A stretch of DNA of 32,000 nt, taken from Wallemia ichthyophaga EXF-994 (lineage: Eukaryota; Fungi; Basidiomycota). How positions within the stretch are numbered: position 1 is the stretch's first letter; each line of letters starts with the position of its first letter. A program made the translations under genes and the position numbers. Of this stretch, positions 8,804-18,561 are shown piece by piece. Location of the stretch: assembly GCF_000400465.1 (NCBI RefSeq), contig NW_008806295.1:30001-62000 (forward strand), in the 5' to 3' direction. Below the pieces are notes generated by a model that was not told where the DNA came from, did no database searches, and saw only the letters and a list, made by a program, of their open reading frames with translations.

Positions 8804-11800
8804 CTAGTCGTCCTCCTCATCCTCCTCGATGACGGCCGCGGTCGCGACTGAAGGTCTCCATTTCTGGTGGTTGGAGGTATTTGGAGGAGTAGGAGACGTC
8901 GAAGTGGCGTTGGAGTTGGAGTTGGAGTTAGTAGTATGGCTACTGCCAGTGCCGGTGCCATTACCATCACCACCACTCCTTGGGAATTTGAAGTCGCTCA
9001 TCGTTTCCCTTGCGTCACCATTCTTCCTATTATTCGTCTTCTTGGACTTCTTGAGCTTTTTCACACCCTCGATCTCATCTTCGTCCGAGTGCTCCGTGAC
9101 GCTGACGTGTTCTTCGGCAACACTCGACTCAAACTCTCCAATAACCGCACTGGCATCGCCCTGTCCGATTCCGCCAGCGAAGTCGTCCTCATCCACCCAC
9201 TCCTCTTCCTTGTGGGAATGAGTGTGAGTGTGAGAATGGGTGTAGGTGTGAGTGTGCGGGTGAGTGCGTGACCGTGCATGCGCGAGTGCATTTGACTTTG
9301 ACTTGCTTTGCGCATGCCCACCTGCCGCTGTATCGAAAGTCAAATTTTTTGTTGGGGAAGTCCTGCTGTAGTCGAATTTGCTAGCTTTGAGGAGCGCGAA
9401 TGATTTCATTGGTGGTGAATGAACGCTGATTGGTGCAGGTGGGCGTTTTGATGCGAGGAATAGTGTTTTAGAGTGTTGTTGGTTAGTCGAGGAGTGGGGG
9501 AGGTGGTTTGTATGAGAAGAGCGGGTGTGCACCTTTGCATCGCCATCACCTTCACCATAGCCATCGACTTCACTATCGCGCAGCCCCAACCCGACCACCT
9601 TCTCGCCATTCTCCAACGAACTTGTCGACGTGCTCCGCGAATGTCTGCTGGTTGGCAGGGGAGACGAAGGAGCCCTCACATGGCGCACGCGCTGCAAGGA
9701 GCTCGACGACCCGCTTCTGTGTCTACCTGCGCGACCGAACGACGTATTCGAGCTGGGATTAATGCCCATACCCATACTCATCCGTCCACTCACACTACGC
9801 GCGCTGCTTACCGAAGACATGGAAGGCGACTTGGCGTGCTGTCCTCGCCCAACAACTCCCCCGCTGCTAACCCGCCGGTTCATCGCGGCCGATGGCGACC
9901 CGCTCTCGAAATGCACCGAGATACTCGAGCGGCGCGAATGGACGGAGGACGAGCGACGGGAGTGTGTCAAGGAATGAGATTGTGAGTGAGGCTGCGAGTG
10001 GGGCTGCGATTGCGTCTGCGGTACCGCCATAGCAACAGTTTGCGGTGATAGCATGCTTTGAGTGCTGCTACTTGACGCCCGTCGTCCATTACTCGACTTA
10101 CGCCTGTTGCGGCGATTTCTTCTGGCCTTGGACTGCGTCTGACCGCGAGTAGGTCCCTGTTTCGTGCGTGCGTTGCGTCTGCGCGGTGTAAGGGTGTTGC
10201 TGTTGCTGTTATGCGAAGCAGACCGCCGCATTTGCACCGTCGATGGGACCCCTTCAGATTCAGCTGCAGTTTCAGCGCCTTTGAGCTGACCCTGCGTCTG
10301 CTTCTGCTTCTGCTTTTTGGGCGTGGTCTTACCTTTCTTGCGCTCGCGTTTATCGTCGGTGAACCCTGTGGTGGTTTTGTGAGAAGAATCGCGCGTTAAG
10401 AGCTCACTTACAACCACGGAAAGCGTCCAACAAGTTTTTCTTGTCCTTTTCCTTGGTTACGGGTGAGTTTTGAATGTTAGGAGTGTTGTGCAAGTCGTGT
10501 TCAGACGCCGCCCGAGGTGAGTCAGTTGGTAACTGATTGAGCGAAGCTGTGGAGTTGAACTGGGCAGCATGTGAGATAGGAGGCGTTGTACTAACACTCC
10601 CACTCCCACTCCCGCTCACACTCAAACTCACACTGACACTATCATCATTACTCCCACTCCTTTCGTCGCTTTTCTTTCGAGGTAGCATACTCCCGCTAAG
10701 AGCAGTAGTGGCGCGCTGTAGCATGCTGATAGAGCTGCTGCGGCTCTTAGTCTTGTTAGGCGAACTAGGGGCGGACGTCTGCGGCAAGTTGAGCTGTAGA
10801 CTCGATGTTGACGCCTCGGTGGGTGGTGTTAGTGATAAACCCGATTCGTTGAGATCTGGCAAACTTCTTTTGGAGAAATCTGCGCGTTGGTCGCTCATTT
10901 TGAGTTTTTGTTTGTCTCTCTCAATGTCTCTATCTTTTTCTTTCTCTCTTCTATCCTTCTCCTCCCTCTCTTTTTCCGCTTTCTCCTTCTCTACTTTGTC
11001 GCGCTCCTTCTCTCTCCTCTTCTCCCTCTCCTCCTTCTGTTTACGCGTGTTGATCATGAGATACTCCTCTGAGTCGCGCCGCTCGCCACGCTCACCCCTT
11101 TCGCCAAGGCCGACGCCCTCCTCCTCGATACGAGTGAGATGTTCACGCGTATCGAGATTCTGCTTGCGGAGGAGCCACCACAGTCCACCAGACGCATCGC
11201 ACGCGTGGTTGATAACTGAGTGCTTAATCTGCCCGATATCGAACCCCAGCTGACTAAGCGACTGAAGGAGAGCGCGTTCCCACTCTTCCTCAAACGGCTG
11301 TGCGTGTTGAGCGGTGCACATTTCGAGATAATTCGGTTCTTGCGGGTGGAAATGGTGAAGATCGTCTGCGTTGGACTGGCCGAGATTGAAATTGGGATTT
11401 GGATTGAAGTTGACACTTTCCATCGATCCCACCTTGTAGTGTTCACGGAGAGAGGTGGTAGACGGGATGCGCGACGCGACAGGTGTAAGCACGGGTAAGT
11501 CGGACATGGTCGAGCTGACGCTGCGCCGTTTGGTGCGCGATGGCGTCCGTTGGATCGGGGGTGTGGATGCACCTTCGCGCTCACTAGATAGCGTGCGCAC
11601 CATGCCGCGCTTGAATGAACCACCTGAACGACGGGGGAGGGCTATCCCGGGTATACTCTCTACACTCAAGTTTCTAGTCATGCCGCTGCTTGTGGTCGCA
11701 GGGACTAGTCGTCGCGGTGGCTCGTCCAAGTGGTTCACATCGCTCACACCCTCGAATACCTCCGTCGCTTCACTCTCTCCTTCGCTTATCTCGCTCACGT

Positions 11801-12916
11801 GTTTCTCGTCGTACGCGTAGCTGGCGTGCTCGGCTGTGTGCTCGAGCTTGTCATGGAGAGTGTGCAACGGGGTTTGCTGTGATGGGAAGCGGGTGAAGAA
11901 TGGATGGGCGAGGATTTGTTCGATACTCGGACGATTTTGTGGGAGTGGTTGAAGGATTGCGGAAATTAGGTCACAAGCATCTGAGACATGTGAGAAAAGA
12001 AAGACGAGAAAAGAAAAAACGCACCAGCTGAAAGGACATCAGTTGGATGATAGTATTCTCCTTTCAACACCAACTCTCTCATTTCATCCTCGTCATCATC
12101 GTCGAAAGGAAGACCACCAGTGAGAAGAGCGTAGAGGATAACGCCAGAACTCCAAATATCAGTTTCTGGGATGTCAAGTGTGAGTAAGGAATTGTCGAAT
12201 GCAAATGAGAAACCCACGCTTTCCACCATATTTTTCACCGCGAAGCATTTCAGGAGAAGCGTACGCAGTTGTGCCGCACCAAGTACTCATAAGATTCCCA
12301 GGGCCATCATCAAACTCCCTTGCAAAGCCAAAGTCGCCTAATTTAACGTTTCCGTCTTTATCGAGGAGAATGTTCTCGAGCTTCAAGTCGCGGTGAACAA
12401 CACCATTAGAATGAAGGTAGTGCAGCGCCAGCATAAGCTGACCGAAAACTCTCCTAACCTCCACGTCGGACAGTCTTCCTTTGTCGACGAGATAATCGAA
12501 CAGCTCACCGCCATCACATAACTCGGTGACGAGGTGGATGTCGTTCTCGGTGGCGACTATCTCAAGGAGTTGAGCGATGTGGGGGTGCGATAGGCGCCGA
12601 TAATGGTGCAGCTCTCTAACCAAAGCGCTGAGCTGAGTGTGGTTTTTTGATACGCTCTTCACAGCAACGCGTGCACCTTTGATGAGGCGATGAGTGGAGA
12701 GACGCACGATACCATAACTGCCACTGCCTAAAGTACGGCCGAGAGTATAATTGCCAATCGTACGCAAGGCAGGGGAAGTTAAATCTTGAGTTAGATTCTG
12801 ATAAGCCTGAGCGAGCTGGGGGTTTTTAGATATAAACTGAAATAAATCAGAATTCCCACCTGTGCTTTTTTGTTCTTGTTGTTCCTTTCATTGCTCGTAA
12901 TCACGGTCTTGCTCAT
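8804..12916 (-). CDS. Ser/Thr protein kinase, CAMKL (Ppk16/MARK/SNF1-related) family, with UBA-like segment and long low-complexity tail (1308 aa)
   Basis: True ATG at 12916 (MSKTVITSNERNNKNKKAQ|LAQAYQNL..IGNYTLG). Introns: 12859-12816, 12217-12166, 12024-11981 and 10411-10366; spliced length is divisible by 3. Kinase motifs: GSGSYG, VAVK, HRDLKLEN, DFG, CGTTAYASPE, DIWSSG. Confidence 0.9.
9211..9283 (-). repeat. Imperfect CACACT-type hexamer repeat in the kinase CDS encoding an alternating-His tract (HARSRTHPHTHTYTHSHTHTHSH)
   Basis: Plus strand reads gagtgtgagtgtgag...gtgtgagtgtgcgggtgagtgcgtg. Confidence 0.7.
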
Positions 12917-12975
12917 CGCCCAACAAGAAGGTTGATGACGTAAATTTGTGAAAATAAAAATGAAAATTTATTCTT

Positions 12976-14344
12976 TTACTTTATATAGTTTGATAAACCT
13001 TTAATACGCTCACCAGCTTCATCGAGTATATCAGCCTCTTTACAGAATGCAAATCTGATGAATTGTTCACCTAGATGTTGGTTTGATAGACCATAGAACT
13101 GAATTTTGGTTAGAAAACATAGTAAACTCTCACTCCACTCACATCAGATGGTGGTATGGCAACAACTCCGAACTCATGTGCCATCCACCACGCAAATCTA
13201 AAGTCACGCGTACGTGTCTTGATATTCTCTGGGAATGGATAGTCCTCTGGGAAGTTTACTTTGCTTATATCTGCTAATATGAAGTATGATCCTGCTGGCT
13301 TGGTGTATGGTAATCCAATCTGGTCAAGATGCTTTGTGAGCACATCACGACGTTCTTGATATTCCTTCCTTTGAGTTTCAAAGAAGTTGTTCTGATCAGC
13401 CTCCTCGAAACCAACAGCGGTACCTTCTTGAGCTAAGCTATTAACACAGAAAACTATTCTCATTGTAGTTGCGAGTGTTGCCTTGACCAGATCTGGATGT
13501 CCAATAACCCAACCAACTCTCCATCCAGTAGCTGCGAATGTCTTACCTGCTGAACCAACAGTAAGAGTTCGTTCCCACATTCCGGGAACATCGGCGATTC
13601 TATCATGTGTAGCGTTGTCAAATGTCAATGACTCATAAACTTCATCCGAGATTACGAGAAGATTGTGTTCGATGGCGACATTAGCAATAGCTTGAAGTTC
13701 TTCACGAGTAAAAACCTTTCCAATTGGATTGTGTGGAGTGTTGAATATGATTGCTTTCGTCTTTGGAGTGATTGCACCAATCAGCTCATTGATATCAATC
13801 TTCCAATCATCGCCTGTAGAATTCCTTGTAGGATCACCGTGGAATCTGATAGGAACATAAACTTCTTTGCCACCATTATAACGAACGTTTGGCATGTACT
13901 GATCGAATGCAGGTTCAAACAAAATGACCTCATCGTCTTGTTCAAGGAATGCGCCCAAAATTGAGTAAATGGCTTCATTAGCGCCTGCTGTAACGATAAT
14001 TTCAGATTCAACATCCAATTTACGCCCATTAAGGGATTTGAATTGCTTTGAAAAGTGATTTGAGAGTGCGTTACGAAGACGTGGTCTGCCCTTTGGATGT
14101 GAGTAATGATGTACAGATGTATCACTATCGATAGCCTTTGTAATAGCACTTCTAATATAAGTAGGTGGCTTCCAGCTCATAAATCCTTGCCCTAAACTGA
14201 GTGACGTCTTGGGCATAACGCTGCGGAAGTTTTAGAAGATTTTAAACATGACAAATAAAGAACCGACAGTGGACTGAACAAAGACCAAACATCCGCAGAC
14301 TTGTTCAACTCAAATTTAATCCTTGAACTCGGTTTTATAGCCAT
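12976..14344 (-). CDS. BNA3: PLP-dependent class I/II aminotransferase, kynurenine--oxoglutarate / glutamine transaminase K type (Bna3-like; 425 aa)
   Basis: ATG at 14344 (MAIKPSSRIKFELNKSADVWSLF). Introns: 14267-14221 (47 nt) and 13142-13099 (44 nt). Motifs: LGQGF, Y....G.PRLR, VTAGANEA, NTPHNP.GKV, SDEVY, GSAGKTFAATGWRVGW (PLP lysine), C-terminal IRFAFCK. Confidence 0.9.
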
Positions 14345-14368
14345 GGCGTTGGAAGAAGGAGTACAAAA

Positions 14369-14908
14369 TTAGTTGGATTCATCTGAACTGGATACAACGT
14401 CATCGACTTCTTTATTTGATGTGTCTGGTGGCGTTAGTCTTTGTAAGCGGATAATCCTCAACTCACTCCCCAAATAATCATTCAAGCTCATTGGCTGGGT
14501 ATTTGAACTGGTATTTGCTGTAACAGGAATTGATGATTGAGGTGGATCATCATCTTCATCTGAAATATCCTGGAATCCATCCAATAGCTCCTTGTCCAAG
14601 AAATCATCCACGTTCTCCAGCTGTTGAAGCGTATACTCGTGTTTTATTGGTATTATCCTAACTATCCCACTATCATCATCATATTCCAAGCAATAATTGT
14701 AGTCCTTTTCCCCCTTTGTATGCCCTATATACGATAAACCACCTTCCTCGACTCTAACCTTATCTTCCTCCGTTGAAACTTTGATCCCTTCAAAGCTCCC
14801 AGGCTCACTTGGATAATCGAAAATATTTAATCCTTCCTCGTTGATTTCTATCGCTGTGTCTCGAGGCCAGGTCATCAGCGTATCTGAAGCAGCGCGTAAA
14901 TACGTCAT
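14369..14908 (-). CDS. Small acidic hypothetical protein (165 aa if spliced); faint resemblance to ELL-associated factor (EAF) N-terminal domains
   Basis: 179-codon ORF containing a probable in-frame 42-nt intron at 14466-14425 (GTGAGT..ACTAAC..CAG). The EAF similarity (Y.G......YCLEYDDDSG.VRI) is by eye and weak. Confidence 0.55.
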   Translation of the reverse strand: MTYLRAASDTLMTWPRDTAIEINEEGLNIFDYPSEPGSFEGIKVSTEEDKVRVEEGGLSYIGHTKGEKDYNYCLEYDDDSGIVRIIPIKHEYTLQQLENVDDFLDKELLDGFQDISDEDDDPPQSSIPVTANTSSNTQPMSLNDYLGSELRIIRLQRLTPPDTSNKEVDDVVSSSDESN

Positions 14909-15169
14909 TTCATTGAGGAAAAACTAAATAGGAAATTATATAAATCGAATGTAATCATCAATTTATTCTAATTGACAAACGCCAAACATTCAAAACCTAT
15001 ACAAAAGAAGACGTTTAGCAGGACCTGGTGTCGTCCTTTAGAGATGGGCATTATATCGATGTATTCATCCTTTGAGCATCTTTTCATTCCTATACACTCT
15101 CCCGCACACTCCCCCTTCTAGAATCCCCCCTGAATCGTCCACTTTACCGTACCTAGGAACAAATTGCAA

Positions 15170-15356
15170 CACTTACTCAAATCAAATCCGATAAAATCTG
15201 ATACCGCCATTAAACTCATCTAGCTCTACTCATCCCAAAAACATCTCGTTCCTTACAATCCGATTGAATCCGATAATTTTTTAACCGCTATCAGATAAAT
15301 CAGCCTAATCAGATCATCTATCAATCAGACAACCAACACCCATAAAATCTGGAAAG
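15170..15356 (+). promoter_or_regulatory. Promoter/5' leader of the siderophore importer with a tandem ATC[ACT]GA(TAA) array
   Basis: ATCCGATAA at 15186, ATCTGATA at 15196, ATCCGATT at 15258, ATCCGATAA at 15268, ATCAGATAA at 15290 (exact ATCWGATAA), ATCAGATC at 15308 and ATCAGAC at 15324. Confidence 0.68.
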
Positions 15357-17335
15357 AGTAAGTGAGCCAAAGGCCTGGATTGTAGCAAATCTAACACGCC
15401 CTAGTGAACCCTCCACCTGGCTACGCTGATGAAGCTGCTACTCCACATGTTCCCCCTCTCAATGTTCGCCAACAAGACAAATTCGGCACCCAGGCAGGTA
15501 CTTTGAAAGCTATAGCTGCCAAGCAAGTATCCAACAAAGCCATGATGGTTATCCTCATCTATTTCCTTGGTCTTGCTGCTTTCATGATGAATTTGGATCA
15601 ATACACCAACTACACCCTCCTCACTCAAGCCTTTACAGACGCTAATAACGTTCAAGCTCAATATCAAGTTGGTGCTGCAACTGCCATTCTTCTTGCTGTC
15701 GGTAAACCGTTCTTTGGAAAAATGTCAAATGTCATCGGTCGTCCTGAAGCTCTAACTGTCACGCTTTTCTTCATTGTTCTCGGTTATGTCGTTACTGCTG
15801 CATCTGATAAGCTTGTATCAGGTCTCGCCGCAGGTCAAGTTTTCTGGCAACTTGGCTTCTCCGGCTTCCAAATCCTCCTCAACATTATTGTCGCAGATAA
15901 TACAAACCTCCGTTACAGAGGATTTTGGACTGGTATGATCAACGTATGGACTTTTGTCCTTTTCGCCTTATCCTCTCCAATCATTAGTGCCGTTAAATCA
16001 GGTTTAGGTTGGAGGTGGGCTTTCGGATTGGAAGCTATTTGCTACCTTCCTGCCTCTCTTCCAGCAATTCTTGTTCTCTTCTTGAACCAATACCGTGCTA
16101 AGAAGGCTGGTTTAATCAATTATCAGGACCAGCCACTCACTTCTGGTCCATGGAAGTCACGCATTTACCAATTCATTGTCCAGCATGATGTCATAGGTCT
16201 ATATCTCCTTATCGCTACTCTCTGCTACATTTTCTTGCCAATCATTCTCGCTGGTACGAGTGCCCTTCTAGCATGGGACAATGCTTACGTGCCTGCCTCG
16301 ATGGTCGTTGGAGGTTTCATCATTCTCCCCGCTCTCATCTACTGGGAACTGAAATGCGCTTCCTTCCCAATAATTCCACACTACTTCATCAAAAATATCA
16401 ACATCGTAATCACGTGCCTGATCAACTTCTTTGACTTCATTTGCTTTTACCTTTCTTATCAGACGCTGAGTAACTACATGGCTGTGGCTGTAGATTGGTA
16501 TACGGATTTAGAGAATGGTGAACCTCGTTTGAGCGGCGACTCTAACTATTATTCTTACTGCCAGAACATTAGTTTAACCTTCTTCGGTATTGCTTGGGGT
16601 ATCATTGCCTCTGTCTTCAAACCTAATTGGAAGTGGTCTGTTGTTGTCGCACTCTGCATTAGACTACTCGGTGTTGGATTGATGTTGTACGCACGTGACA
16701 ATCGTAATCTCGGTGCACTAGTTATGACGCAAGTTTTACAAGGTGCTGGTGGTGGTATCGCTGCAATCGCCACGCAAGTAGGTGCGCAGGGCAGTGTTCC
16801 TCAGCAACAGATGGCTCTTGCTACCGCTGCCATTCTTCTTTTTGCAGAAATTGGTAATGTTGTTGGCCAATCCGCTTCCTCGGCCATCAATTCTGCTTTC
16901 CTTCCACAGATGATCGCAGAGCAATTCCCATCATGGAGTGCAACACAAGTCAACAAATACGTCAGTGCTCCAATGTCCGCTGTCAAACTTGGTCCAGTCG
17001 GTACAGAGCAGAGAGATAAAATGATACAAGCATTCTCAAACAATCAGCGCAAACTCATCATTCCAGCCATCGTTTTCGGCTGCGTGCCTATCATTCTCTC
17101 CTTATTCCTCAAAAACTTCAAGCTCGATGAGCGCCAAAACGCAGTAGAAGATCTCGATGAAAACGGCCATGAAGTGCTGGCGTATGATTCAGAACGTACA
17201 AATACCCATGCAAATGGAGATTTAAATGAAAATGCGCGCGATAGCCACTCTGAGGCCGATGAGGATCACAAGGATGATCACAAGTCATCTCCAAAGGAAA
17301 CCAATCCTAATGGTGGCCATGAATTGTCCCATTAA
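15357..17335 (+). CDS. MFS siderophore-iron importer, ARN/SIT1/Str family, 14-TM type (643 aa)
   Basis: Start codon is split as A(15357) | intron 15358-15404 (GTAAGT..TCTAAC..TAG) | TG. Family-like motifs: KP...K.S.VIGR.EA, Q..NIIVAD.TNLR.RG, GWRW.FG, VGAQGSV, LF..IG..VG, LDERQN after the last helix. Confidence 0.88.
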
Positions 17336-18481
17336 ACCTTTTTATCTACACGTTCACTCTCACTTCAACTCCCACCTTCCTGGATTCTTGCTGCTTCACA
17401 CTCTCTTGATATTACGTTACCCTCTATTATAGACTTACACCTTTCTTGATTCCAATTTAACATTTAAATTGTACGGTTTTGAAATGGATTAATTTTACGA
17501 CGTACTTGCTGCACTGTATGCTAATCAAATATATTATTACAACGATATAACGTGAAATTACGCCCATCGATACTTCTTAGATCCATCCAGATCATTGTAT
17601 TTGGTGAGTTATTTGAGGCTTTGAACCTCGTCTAGTGCTGGTATATTTTGTGCGTTGCGTACGTAGAATTGCTCTATTCGAACATTATTTCAAGGGCGGT
17701 CAATTTATCCGTAACATCGATCTTGCTGGTATACGCTATCCACACATAAAGATCCTGTGTGCTATCGTATCATCCAATCTGTAAATCCTGCATTTAGGGC
17801 TGTCAATTAAGACGATTTTAGAGCGGTATGACTTCGTGATAGGCAAATGTCCAGAGCTGAGCTTAGCGGCTGGACCGTCTGTCCCTTTATGCGATTATTT
17901 CCTTCAACTCTAAGAGGAGCAGTGAAGTATGTGCGGAAATTTCTTCTGGTTACACAAGGTGAGATTATCAGCTCGAAGTCAATATTCAAGAAACTTTGCG
18001 ATTCCTTTCTTCTACGTCACTGTAGATAGATAGAAATCATAGTATACAGTCAAAAGCGTTACAACGATTAGTAATCATCGCCTATCTATACTTTTTGTGC
18101 ATTGAAAGCTGACGATTGTAGTGACTCAAAGGGATGCGGTTCTTGGCAAGTGTGCCGTAAATTGGGAGGTAACTACGTGTAGCTACCGGAGGCGTGCGGG
18201 TGGGTGCTGAGCTGGTTTTTGAAGAACTCGTAGCGAGTCAGCTTTAAGCAATGGGAGCACAAATGGTGAGGGAACACTGCCATTTTTCACATATCTGGCA
18301 GCTTGGCGGAAATTGATTGGTTTAATACTCTCTAAAAAGTCTTTCCAGCATTAAGCCTTTTGCGTTTAGAAATTTTTAGAGCCTAACCATAATCGTAAAG
18401 GTTTTGTAATGACTGAAGAAAGAACGTGAGTCGAATCAACAAGTAATTAGCGCAGTGGTTACAACCCACAGTAGGACATCA

Positions 18482-18553
18482 TCGGTTATGTGGTAGGGGC
18501 TATCCTCCCAGATTCTCATTCTGGAGACCCGGGTTCGATTCCCGGTAACCGAA
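18482..18553 (+). tRNA. tRNA-Glu (anticodon CTC), intronless, 72 nt
   Basis: Acceptor stem TCGGTTA/TAACCGA; anticodon arm CCAGA-TTCTCAT-TCTGG; T arm CCGGG-TTCGATT-CCCGG. The D stem is imperfect. A T5 tract follows at 18557-18561. Confidence 0.93.
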
Positions 18554-18556
18554 TAG

Positions 18557-18561
18557 TTTTT
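18557..18561 (+). terminator. RNA polymerase III T-tract terminator of tRNA-Glu
   Basis: TTTTT starting 4 nt after the discriminator base. Confidence 0.7.

Noticed and set aside
8701-9271. Plus-strand ORFs 8829-9221 and 8867-9271 as a possible spliced T-domain continuation of the NRPS
   Set aside because: They are antisense shadows of the kinase low-complexity tail, contain no GxDS motif, and the A-domain exon has its own stop at 8698-8700.
10537-11820. 238-aa and 121-aa plus-strand ORFs rich in Ser/Leu/Phe
   Set aside because: Complement of the kinase's purine-rich EK/ER repeats, which naturally lacks stops.
12976-14344. Aminotransferase as a tailoring enzyme of the siderophore-like cluster
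   Set aside because: It looks like the housekeeping Bna3 family, has AT-rich codon usage unlike the NRPS/ABC pair and has no GATA cluster upstream. Position alone is not evidence.
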